The notes beneath the pieces were generated by a model. The model did not search any database, had not been told where the DNA came from, and saw only the letters and a program-made list of their open reading frames with translations. Position numbers and translations under genes: made by a program. From Fimbriosthenelais zetlandica (Eukaryota), in the NCBI GenBank assembly GCA_977030845.1, contig OZ365109.1:44144001-44208000 (forward strand): a stretch of 64,000 nt of DNA, written 5' to 3'. Numbering within the stretch: position 1 is the stretch's first letter; each line of letters starts with the position of its first letter. Shown one piece after another: positions 35,901-47,500 of this stretch.

Positions 35901-38900
35901 TGATTTCCAGGTGCAGAGCATGGCCTCAATCTAAAAATATATTTGGAGAATAATGAACGAACTGGCGGACCATTTCCTGATGCAGGAATCAAGGTCTCCG
36001 TGTTTTTTGTAACCATCTTTACAACCTCAATTAGAATATTCTTAGAAATCTATAAGATTTCTTTTATTGCAAACTCTTGAACTATTTCTAATTATTCTTG
36101 TAGATCCATCTCCATGATCCTGAAAACATGCCACTGGTTAGTGACACTGGTTTTGCTGCACCTCCGGGTCTCCATACCCTTTTTGCCATCACATACACGG
36201 AGGCAAGATTTTATTTAACTTTTTAACATAATTTTTAAAACATTTTTAGACTCCTAACATGATACCAAAATGTTGGTTGCAGGATTATTATTTGATTAAA
36301 TTCCCATGTAGTCATCCAAAATTTATATGCATAATCTTTATGACAGACTACAAGTTTACCTCATCCTTATGGTAACTGCACCGAGAACAATGAACTGACG
36401 TACTACCCGGCAGAGGATTACAAGTATACTGTACAGTACTGTCAAACTGAGTGCAAAACGCATGCTGCCATTAATGACTGCAGCTGCAAGGAAGCATACA
36501 TGTCTGGTGTGTACAAACATTATACATGTTATTAAAAAAATATAATTTTAAGTCGTATTCAACCCAATTTTCTAACAGAATGTGTTCCAAACAATACAGA
36601 CAATAATACATGTACATGTAGCCAGTGTGTAGCTCGTTGCAACACAAAGACTGTTATCTCCTGAATATAAGTCTTAAAATGTATTGACTCTTATTCACAG
36701 GAAAAGCACCATCAACTGTATGTAACATGGATAAATACATCAACTGCATCCTTCGTGGTTCATGTAAGCCCTTATATTCATGCAAGTTCACTATTAAAAG
36801 TACTGACTGTCAACTTTATGTATTTCAATATGATCTTGCTTAGTTTTTGTGTATGTTTTGTTGCCTATTGTTTATTTTTTCTTCTCTGTCAATTGCAGCA
36901 AATAAATCACATTCCTCAGAATGCGAGACAAATCAATGCCAGATAGGCTGCGAGGTCAAATCATATAGTATACTTACTTCTGCTGCGATGCTGAGGAAGA
37001 TGAATCTAATGAAAAGTCTTACCAAAATCGATGAGGAAAACACACAAACTGTGGAAATCAAACATAGGGCAAATCCTGAGTTACTATCTAACACTGCAAA
37101 ACAGCTTTTATACGCCCTCACGGCGATGGAATACTATATGCACATCGCAGAACTGGAATGTGGCCTTTCATCTGCTTCAAAATACTCCATAGCTGCTAAC
37201 TCCTTGCTGTTAATACAGAAAAAAATCATGCAAGATCTTGACACTGCATTACAGGACCTGAGGTTGATAGAAATTGTCTACAAAGACGTGTTTGGCTACA
37301 GAAGGGATGTCCTTCATAGAATACTGGAAGAAATATCCAGTAATTATCTGAGGCTCCTTGAGGTAGATGGATCATCACATGCAACCTACACTGACCCAGA
37401 AACGAATTCCACAATAACCGAATTACGTTCTGACTCAATTGAAGATATTAAGTATGCTCTGGAGATAATAAATGACATAATCAATAAAGAAGAGCTTCTT
37501 TTCGTTCAACCAATAAGACAGTACATAAACGAAGCCCCGAGTAGCTCAATTGGAGACATCGATGGTCGATCATATGCAGATCTCATACCCAGCAGAACCA
37601 ATTACCAGAGGGTTAGAGCTGGGGTTAAGGCTGGAGAGAGTAGAGATTACACTGCATATACAAACATGAGGAGTGTATTGTGGAAAACTTTAAGACGGAT
37701 TTCACAGCAAGGGGGAGATGACAACAATTATGCAGATATAGAGAACTTCTTTGATCTAGTTCGCACAGCTGAACAAGTTAAGAATAACACTTCTGAGTTC
37801 CCAAATGTTATACAGCAGGCTAAATATGCTGACACGTTATTGAAAGAAATATCTTACATTACTTTGATGTTAGACTTCAACTTTGAATCTCAATCACAGA
37901 ATGTTTCCATGGTTTATGATGAGCTTAAAGCAGTGACTAATAATTTCATGAGTGGTAGCATGGGAAAGGAAGCCCTTTCCATCTCATTACAGAATGGCAG
38001 AATCCAAAATTTTATTGACGAATTTAGAAAACTACAGGACAGGATAGACACCGAGCTTGCCGCAAAAATCCTGAGTCATGCAGATCAGATAGAGACGCTG
38101 TCTCGGGAAGCCTATATAACTCTCTTGTGGGCCATAAGGGATATGCAACACTACTATAATAAAGACAGTATGGACTTCGAAGAACATGCAAGAAATTTCA
38201 TCATATGGAAGAAACCGGAATATTTCCCAGATGCAGAGGGGGCCCTAATTTCGAAGTATTCGGATAGTCACTCTCTGTGGTCTCCTCACAGGCGCCTTGA
38301 ATCTTTCACCAAGGCAAGTCTTCACCTAATACTATGCTTTTTAAAAATTTATAAATAGGCCTAGGCAGTCAACTTAGGCCTATATCAAATGGTCCCACAG
38401 ACCGTTCTAAATTGTTCGACCATTTAGAAAGACCTGGAGGGAAATTTGATCCATTCTCCTTTATTTCTTCATAATCTATAGAAAACCATTCCAATCCCCC
38501 CACCCCCATCCCGTTGCACAACAATGTGGTTGTACAGTAGCTGTTCCCTATAAATAAACTTGTTTGCATTTTCAGAGTGGCGCTGCAGATAGAGTCATAA
38601 GATTTGTTCTTCAAGACCTCTTTGCTACCCTAAAGAATGAATTTAGAGACGTTGGAGAAAACTTCCAGAACCTTATTCGTAAAATAGAGAAACCTTTTGC
38701 AGAATTGAAAAAAGACTTCCAAATCTTCCAATCAGAGTTGGAACTGGGAAACAATTTCGTACAGTGGGTAACCTTTGCGATTGTCAATAAATGCAAGCAG
38801 ATATCTAAAAATAATATTTTCCTCTTATGGTACTGGAGGCCAGGATTACTGAAATGAACTCCAAACTCCAAAGTTCTTAAATTAATGTCAATTTATAATG

Positions 38901-39472
38901 ATACATGTTTTACGGTTCCAGGGACAACTTCCTTGAGGTTGATATTTATTTTGGAGAAATGAAGAAAGCATCAGTGACACAGGAACAAGCTTATCCCCTC
39001 TCTTCATTTTGGGGTGAGTCTGCACTTTGAGATATAGTATAGTTCTATCATTAAATTTAGGTGATGCTCGACGATACCGTGGGCGATAATAGAGGCTAAT
39101 CCCATACCTGTTATTATCCGTTTCAATTTCCAACATTCAGCCTGTATTTTTAAAAAGTTATAAAAAGTTACTCAGTGAGTTCCTCGGTATGGTATAGCAC
39201 CAAGTATAGCTCATTGCTAATTTGGCGGACTCTGCACCATGATCATGGATGATAGCCCTATACAGTTAGCAACTTTGTCAGCTAATGTTCTGATAATCTA
39301 TATTTCAGCTGAAGTGGGTGGATTTCTCGGTTTGCTACTCGGAGCCAGTATTGTGACAGTCTTTGAATTCATTGATTTGATCGTATCCAACACTTGCAGC
39401 CGGAAACGTGTGGAAAACCAGAAGTTCACATCGAAAGTCACCCCAATAAAACAAAAGAAACTACTGTTCTGA
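23886..39472 (+). CDS. Giant multidomain DEG/ENaC channel subunit, paralog 2 (apparently intact, about 2,087 aa)
   Basis: Exons: 23886-23910, 24072-24168, 25900-26067, 26531-26601, 26761-27156, 27303-27440, 27556-27909, 28184-28372, 28624-28734, 29047-29199, 29562-29957, 30637-30786, 30968-31140, 32047-32221, 32580-32709, 32925-33136, 33397-33519, 33663-33935, 34167-34505, 34694-34834, 35512-35575, 35661-35782, 35911-35993, 36104-36202, 36347-36506, 36701-36763, 36899-38313, 38576-38763, 38922-39013, 39309-39472. Sum 6,264 nt with all junction phases compatible; same core motifs as paralog 1. Confidence 0.93.
24550..25632. repeat. Duplicated palindromic repeat modules in intron 2 of paralog 2
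   Basis: AACAAAACTTCAGGGATGGGG..CCCCATCCCTGAAGTTTTGTT at 24555-24684 and 25036-25143; TGAGAGCGGGCAATA..TATTGC..GCTCTCAAACTAACCATGGAATAAA at about 24825-24897 and 25553-25632. Confidence 0.7.
26262..26460. mobile_element. Diverged copy of the palindromic MITE family of about 235 bp
   Basis: ttgtacaa..aaaatcg..gcgaggg..agggtaccctc..cagtgcttggata..tgtccaa; matches the copies at 35167, 42226 and 56858. Confidence 0.5.
26761..34834 (+). CDS. Paralog 2 exons 5-20: PAN-MAM-kringle-LDLa-MAM-MAM(CUB)-MAM(S/T linker) insert in the finger domain
   Basis: Exon-for-exon homologous to paralog 1, with an uninterrupted exon 6 (GFPLVKCDWETPHCEFEIL..DHTLET). Confidence 0.88.
31190..31915 (+). mobile_element. 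CR1/L2-type LINE 3' fragment
   Basis: Translates VKRSIYYKASTAWNNLPASIRNLETIERFK (WN-x-LP motif of the ORF2 C-terminus); 3' stem-loop gaaaagcggctcgatagggccgagttgtattcagaataaa. Confidence 0.7.
35167..35399. mobile_element. Palindromic MITE (family with copies at 42226-42445 and 56858-57074)
   Basis: TGTTGTACAATAAAAT..GGCGAGGGTGCCCT ... AGGGTACCCTCGCC..ATCTTATTGTACAACAG; internal GTGCTTGGA / TGTCCAAGCAC hairpins. Confidence 0.75.
36899..38763 (+). CDS. Paralog 2 exons 27-28: helical knuckle insertion
   Basis: ORFs 36847-38358 and 38564-38857; closely similar to paralog 1. Confidence 0.85.
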
Positions 39473-40446
39473 TATGATAGCTTGGATGAAATAATGTTAT
39501 GTTGAATACAAATGTGCATTATCATTATTTGCAAATATCATTTTTACTTCACTCGTAAATGACGTGTGTTTTAGGGTGGGATCAATTGCATTCATACTAA
39601 TGATGATATCAACAGTTGTAAACTGTTTTTCCCATGCCCAATCTTGCGCCACATTTAAGCCGAACAATCTGCCACCCAATAACATATACCTAGGTATATT
39701 GTATTGTACTTAGTATAATTTAGTGCTTTTTTGAATTCCTGTAATAATGGGTTATGTATTTTGGCTGTGAAAAAGTTTTAATGTGCTTATAGTGGTGGGT
39801 CTCTGATAAGACCATGTAAACGTAGCATGATGTACTCCACATCCACATTAGTTGAATGTTCCAAGTTGAATGAAGCTAATCCCTCAGATAACAGTTGTGT
39901 ATAATCATAAAGATCGAAATCGATGTAACTTATAAATAAAGTGATCATTGCAAGACCACGTTCTCCTTTATTATTTGCAATATTCTGAGCAAGATGTAAT
40001 GTCGGGAAATACAAGTAACGGTCATCGTTCTGATCATATTGTATACACTATAGTGCAGCAGGCATAACCAGCTAGATGCTTTGAATTTGATCGTTAAACG
40101 TAATTTTGCAAAGGACTTTTTATGACAGATAGATGTCAATAATGTACGTGTGAAAATGTAAACAAATGGAGAAAAAAGTTTGTGTCAAAAACAGACAAAA
40201 AATGAAAATCGATCCCAAACCACTATCATAATGAAGAATATACTTGGATCGGAATGAGATATTGGCTTTTGAAGATGTTAAATGGACATGATACCCTCAG
40301 GAACTTAGGTGAAAATCAATGTAAATATCCTGCACTATGCCGATAGCCAAAGAGGAGAAGCAAATGAATCATGTTCAATTATCTAAATAGACCAATGTAA
40401 CAGGCTTGTAAGCGTCCTCGACAACCACCTTGTGACAATATTGAAA

Positions 40447-40559
40447 ACTTTTTGTACATTTTAAAACTATATTATAGTTTTAAAATGTACAATATGTAGT
40501 TAAAATGTAGTTTTCAATATTGTTAAAACTATAATATAGTTTTAAAATGTACAAAAAGT
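40447..40559. repeat. AT-rich nested palindrome
   Basis: 37-bp perfect outer IR; left part also forms a perfect 20-bp-arm hairpin with a 1-nt centre (40452-40492). Confidence 0.8.
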
Positions 40560-40701
40560 GAAATAGAGGCAATTTACAGATAGCAATAATTATTATAGTT
40601 TCCCCTTTAACATCATTCATTGTCAATGGTGCCACTGTCAGCTATGTGTCGTCAGCTATATTTCGGCTTCCTGTTTCTCACCAGTAAAAGTGTGTGAGGC
40701 C

Positions 40702-40892
40702 TGGGGGCACTCTGAATTAAAGTGAGTGAATCTTTTAGAATTTTCCTGTTCTCTTAATTGGAATTAAAGTGTAACGCCTGTTTCTCGAATTTCGAGGTCC
40801 TTGATGTTAGCAGTAAAAGTACCCGCTTCTCCTCGAAATTGGGAACGAGCAAAGGTACCCACTTTAATTCCGAGTGACCCCCCCCCCCCCCG
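40702..40892. mobile_element. MITE with G/C-run termini
   Basis: GGGGCACTCTGAATTAAAGTG ... CACTTTAATTCCGAGTGACCCCCC. Confidence 0.65.
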
Positions 40893-41548
40893 GATTATGA
40901 GGCTTCAAAGGAAGGGTATCCAGAGACAATGATGTAAATAACGTAAGTAGAATGTATAGGTAGATTAGAGCTACTGGAAGGGCTTAGGCTTTATTATATA
41001 TAAGGTTACCGGTACATGTATAGGTGATGTGAAAAATGTGTAGTTAAACAGAAAGACCGCCGACATTAACATTCATGGATATCAACATGATTGTATTGTG
41101 TGTGCATTGAATTTTTTTTCTTTTATGAAATATGTGTTTTTTGTTATTGAACCCCAAAAGCGAATACTAATCCCTGAAAATGCTTGCATAAACAAATGTT
41201 TCCGAGAACAAATACACTATTTCCCCACTCCATGTTGACAATGAACAACATGCTTCATATGTTCTCATGGAGACCATCATAACAAAGGTCTTTGATGTAT
41301 CACCTGGGGTTTGTGACTTGTGATCAAATATGTTCAACTGTACAAACTAAGAGGTGGATGTCATACGAAGTGCTAAACTGTACCACATCTTCTTGTTGGG
41401 AAAAATCTGCCTGCTTAAAGGAGCAAAGCTGTGAGTCCACATAACCTTGAAAATATCCAGATGGATGGACAAGTCAAATATGATGTCCTGCTGCATCATC
41501 TGCACTTGTGAAGAACTTTTTTAACTATTTGTACGGCCGGTGACCAAA

Positions 41549-44500
41549 ATGACAGATTCAAAAGAAGGTAAATTTCATTTTTCCAAGTGATGAATTTACA
41601 GTGGAAATTCATGTTGTAAGTCAACGATTTGTTGGTAAGGATCGGAGGCTTTTTACCAAAGATTTTATGTTTTTTATATATCACGATAATTATATTGGAT
41701 TATACTCTATTATTGGATTGTTTCCAGAGAATAGCAAATGGCGTGAATTGCTTTATGAATTCACGCAGGATACCACACTTCATGGAATACGTTACACCAC
41801 AAGCAGCCAATCATATTGGCTGCGAAGGTAACTTTTTTATTTTTAAATGTCTAAGATACCTAGGCCACTGTATGTATTTTATTATTTAATGTCTAAGATA
41901 CCTAGGCCACTGTATATGTATGATATGCATAATCCTATAGTAGCAAGACTGGGAGGAGTACCACAGCCTGCAGGGGCCCATTCCCCCTTTTAAATAACTT
42001 CTGCGAGCCCTCGCTGGAACATACTAGCTGCCAAGTCTCGCGAGTGGTTCCCATAGTTCACATAGTACTGCTCTCGAGTTTTTCTTTTGCTGCGTTTTCT
42101 GTCGCTGCTGACCCAGCGAAGGCTTGCTGGAACTTGTTTTAAGAGAATTGGCAGTGAGAGGTCCAGGGAGGGCTCACAGAAGTTATGCTCGTAGGATTTG
42201 GACCCCAGACGCAGTTACATATGTTAGGATGGTAAAATCGTCGATGGTGAGGGATCGGCGAGGGTGCCCTCGCGGTGCGATTAAATTGTTGAAGGGCTGT
42301 TTTTTTCTAAAAAGTGCTTGGATGACTGCTTGTTAATGCATTGTCCAAGCACTGTTTTCTCAAAAACAATGCTTGGACAATGCAATTGCTCCGCGAGGGT
42401 ACCCTCGCCGATTCCTCGCCATCGACGATTTTATTGTACAACAGGGGGTATATCTCTTCCAGGCTCAAGTATATATTTACGCCGTAGAAGGGTCTCACGC
42501 TCAACCAAGCAAGGGTCTAATCCTATAGTATAGTCTCTGTAGGATGAGCGAAAAACTCCCACCGATGACCATGGTACAGAGCTCTACTTGGCATCCTGCC
42601 TTTACAGAGTCTTTTTATATTTCCCTCCATTTCAGGATCATCTGGGTGCTAATCCTTATGGGAGCATTTGCTGTTTTCCTCACAATGGTTATAGGAAATC
42701 TGGTCAAGTTCTATGGTTACCCCAAAACAGTCAGTGTAGATGTCGTCTATGAAAAATCTTTATCATTTCCGGGTGTAACCATCTGTAATATCAATATGTT
42801 CAGGTATATGCATGTCCTTGATATATGATAAGCCTACATGTATGGATTGTATACTTTTGTGAAATAACAAGATTTGTAATATATTTCAAGTTTCCTATAT
42901 TTTTACATGGGTGTTTATCATTCTAGACTTACAAAGGCCTATGAGCAAGGTCTGTACGATAGACTCTCAGAGAGCTACCCCAAGTTCGAAGCTGAGGGTA
43001 AGAAGAAAACAAGGAGAATTTAAAGAATAATATTAGAAAAAAGTGGTTGTGATTTCTCCCAACTGCCATTTGTTGGATCAATATGTAAAATTACATAATG
43101 TGTAACATTACATGTTACATGACTGTTATATAATGTAAATTTTTGTTAAGTTAGACAAATAAGATAGCAGTTAATAGGCTTATAGCTTCATATGCGATAG
43201 AGAATTGTATGCGATCGCAATACATACAATTAGGCAAGAATTCATATTGTTCTCTTTTTGTATTAACAATTGTATCAGATATGCAAACAATGGACCACAA
43301 GGACGGTTATATATACCTACAAGGCTACTGCTTGAATAGCTCGACATTGGCATTCAATTCCCCTTCTCCAAATTTCACATCCTTGGCATCATTATGTAAG
43401 GGTGCCCCGATTCTCAAGATTTATGAAGAGTTGACATTAAAAGGATGCATGACGTTATGTTCTATGATCCATACTGAGGATTGCAGCAAAGTGGTATATG
43501 GATGGAAAGAGAAACAATGCATTTTATTTACTGGGGTGTGTGAACAATTATTTGATGGCACTACATTAGCGAATCACTCATGCTATGGTACTGCGCCTGA
43601 TATCGAAATATATGACCGAGTTCTTTATTCAGATGGCAAGTATAATATTATTTTCTCCAAGACCATGAGATTTTACTGTGCATAATTAGGCAGCAAGATT
43701 TCAATAAGTTTTCTCTTCAGATATAGGAAACATGACTTGTGACTGGGAGGATGCAAAAGAATGTAAATTCTCTCAAAGGGATAACGGACTTTTTTCTGAG
43801 GGCTGGGAATCGTTCGAAATGGTATCAGCAAAACAAAATGTACCAGCTACGGACCATACATTTAATTCAGGTATGAATCCATTATTTCGTCTAACAATTT
43901 GTCTCTATACATAAAAAATGATAGAACTTTGTTGTTTCTTATCTTTTTTTCATTAGACACTGGTCACTTCTTCCGACTTCAGAAATTTGAGAGTATGGAA
44001 TATCCAACATTTGCAAAAATAGAATTGGGATATTACCGATTTCATCAGTCATGCCTCGAGTTTTACTATCAACAAACAGGAACAGACACTATTAGCATAA
44101 CAATCTATCTGAAAGACAAGGACTATAATTTGAAAACCATAGATCCATTGCCATCATATTTTCGGAAAAACCACTGGAATCGAGCCTTCGCCCGCATTGA
44201 GGACGGAATCCGTAAAGTGATTATATTTGCAGTGCGTCCATCTACACCCGGACCAGGAAGGACGTCAGGTTTTGCATTAGATGACTTAATCATTAGAGAT
44301 TGTTCCTTTTTCGGTGAGTATCGTTTCATATTCTTTTTTGTGGAAGAATATTGTTTCTTTGTGACAAAAAGAGTTCTAAGATTATAAGTAGATTAATAAT
44401 TCTTGACAAGGTTTATAAAGGCTTTACTCATTTTCCATCTTGGTCATACCCTATGGATTTCATTTCCAGAACGAGATTGTAAAAGAACCAGATTGGGCAT

Positions 44501-47500
44501 TGATTACCAAGGGAACACAACAGTATCCAGTTCAGGCAAGACATGCACGTCAGCTTGTCGCAACTATGACTATGATCGTCAGGGCCCGTCCTGCCGGGTT
44601 ATTCCCAAGGAGGGAGAGACATATTCACCAAAAGAAACCTGCAATATCAACTTCTGTGGTGGGTATAATTTTCCCCAGCTAGTTTCATCTAGATAATCCC
44701 CTATAGTGTGTGTCCTTCTTGTGGCAATGGAGTACAATTAATTATATTCACTGATAACCAACCATCCAAACAGTCAATTTTATCCATAGAGGTATAGTCA
44801 TAATAACTATTTCGGTGGTCAAAGTGATTACACTGTTAGTCAGATTGACTAACAGTTAGTCAGATTGTTTACCAAAGTAATCATCTTAAACATCATACAG
44901 TTTCTGCACATCGGCATTGGATCAGTACATTGGATCACGACATCTTTTCCCTTTTCTTTATTATATCCTTTTTACTTGGTGAGCCAGAGTGTCAGTCTTC
45001 TGAGTTTCGTTGTTCGGATGGATTTTGCATACCAGAGGTATTAAAATGTAATGGAAACGCTGACTGTATTGAAGGGGAAGATGAGACTGAACCTTGTAGT
45101 AAGATTTTAATTATTATATTAATTATGTTTAATAACTATTTTTGTAAATTATTGCAATAAGTACTATTACTTCCATTTTTATAATTAACGTGCATTAGGA
45201 TGAAGTCCATCTTACATTTTTCTTCTATTTTACACTAGGCATACTTGAGGACAAATTATTTTTCTATTGTATTATGTTAATATAATTATGTAGAGACAAT
45301 TCTGATCTATATCTTTACAGCATTAACTGTCAAATGTGAATTCGAAGACTCGTTTATCTGTGGCTATAAATTTTGGGATCACGACAGTGCATGGAGAAGG
45401 ATAAACGCCCTGGACTTTTTTGAGAAAGAAGAAGCAATCAGTAAAGATTATCAGGGGACTTCTCTCGGTAAGGACATCATTGGCAACAAAAGAGAATTAT
45501 CTCAGTTGGTTATAGCAAAGTAACTGTCCCCATATCATTTTCATTGTCTCACAACTCTGAAATATTTTAGGCCATTTCATGGACTCCTACTCAAGTCAAC
45601 GCCAAGAAGGTGACAGAGCACTGCTGATTTCTCCAAGGATAGAGATCCGTGATGAGAATTCGCTTTTGAAGTTTCATATATTTGCACGAAGTACGACTGG
45701 TGGACTACGTCTACTTGCTTCGACCTCGAATATTGATGCAGCTGTCTTTGTAGACTTGAAGTATAATATGACTAGTAACTGGAATGTATGGACTGAGGAT
45801 GAAATTAGGCTACCAGTGGGAAACTATAGTATTATTTTCGAAGCAACCAAGGGTTCTTCATTCATTTCGGACCTCGCCATTGATAACATTCAGATACGTT
45901 ACAAAACAAATGATGAAAATGTTGTCAATGTGACTCAAGATGAAGTCACACTGAAAAGTAATGGTAATTATTATATATCCTCATAGAAATATCGTTAGAA
46001 ATAATGTTTGTTCTCAGGGATTGTATACTACAAAGTAGTGCTTCAAAACCATGTCTTTTGCAGGTAGTTTTGATGGGAATTGTAACTTCTCCGCAGAAAA
46101 TTGGTGTGGTTATAAAAACTACTCATTCTCTTCCAAGGTTGGATTCCATTTCTTACCTACGAGAATGCTGGAATACGTAATTTTGGGAAGAGGTAACTTT
46201 CAAACCACTGGCAGAGATTAATGGATTTATTTAAATTAACATTTTATACGTGAATTTGTAGTATATTAGCTCAATGAAATTTTAAAAATTCCAATATATT
46301 TGGTAAATGTCGACTAGTATCATACTTCCATATGCTCTTGACATATGTTAAATATGCCTTATGTACAAGAAATAACCAGTCTTTGTTAATGTATATATTT
46401 TCCAACAGATGAAGAGATTCATACAGAAAATTATGGCAACATAAAGTCCCCAAACTATCCGGATCTTTATGAGAACAACATGGAGAAAATTTACCTGATA
46501 GTTGGTCCAAAAGGATCTTACATAACTTTGAATTTCAGAGGGAATTTCTCAATTGATTATTACGACAGTCTAAAAGTAAGTATGCTTTTATACACTATAT
46601 TTGGGCCTTCTATAATCTATATTGTGTTTATAGGCTAGGGTTATCCACTTGAATGCTATTTTGACGGGTCACTTCTGCTTTGACTAAAATCCTTCAGACT
46701 AGCTGAAAGAAGTATAATATATTTTGTCTATAAACTTGACAGATTCAGGAGGAAGTCGATGGAACCACGGTTACAACGTATGTGAAGGGTGTGAACAGAC
46801 CTTCAATACAAAGTTACCAATCCAATACATCTATAATTATGGTTAACTTCACCACCAACTATTACTACAACGCAGTGGGCTTCTCAGCAGAATTTTATAT
46901 TCATCAAGTCGAAGGCACAGGTAAGCCTAAAGAACAACTTTTACCATTATTTGGAGGGAAGCTAGTGCTTTTTTGATAGAAAGATACCCTGTTGCTATCA
47001 AAAGATGATTTGTTGATGGCTACTCTATCAAATACATTTTGAAGATCTAGATAGATTACAATGTAGTTCTGGAGAGTGAAAGACAAATATCGGTGGCATA
47101 TCCAGGGGGGTTTCCAAGTGCCTGGAAACCCCCCCCCCCCTATTTTTTTTTTTACTTCATTGTCTGGTCGCCATTCGGCGTATTTTACTTGGGACATGAT
47201 CATAGGATAGGCCCAGAATAAAAGGGGTCTGGGTTTAATGTTTTATTATGGATGAAATAGGCCAGTTAGGCTGGTTAGGCGATTTTGTCGCCAGTAATCG
47301 CTCCCCCTTGCGACCTAGTTACAATTTTCCATCTATAAGAACGATTTTCAGTGGTAACATTTACCACTGAAAATCAGTTGTTAAATGCGAAAATATGCCC
47401 TAGACCTCACCAAAATAAACCATAAATTTCAAATTTTCCAGGGGGCATGCCTCCCCACCTCCCCCCCCCCCCCCCCCCCCTGGAAACGCTTCGCGCTATC

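Noticed and set aside
36847-36898. Hydrophobic N-terminus of ORF 36847-38358 as a signal peptide of a separate gene
   Set aside because: It is the polypyrimidine tract of intron 26; the exon starts at 36899.
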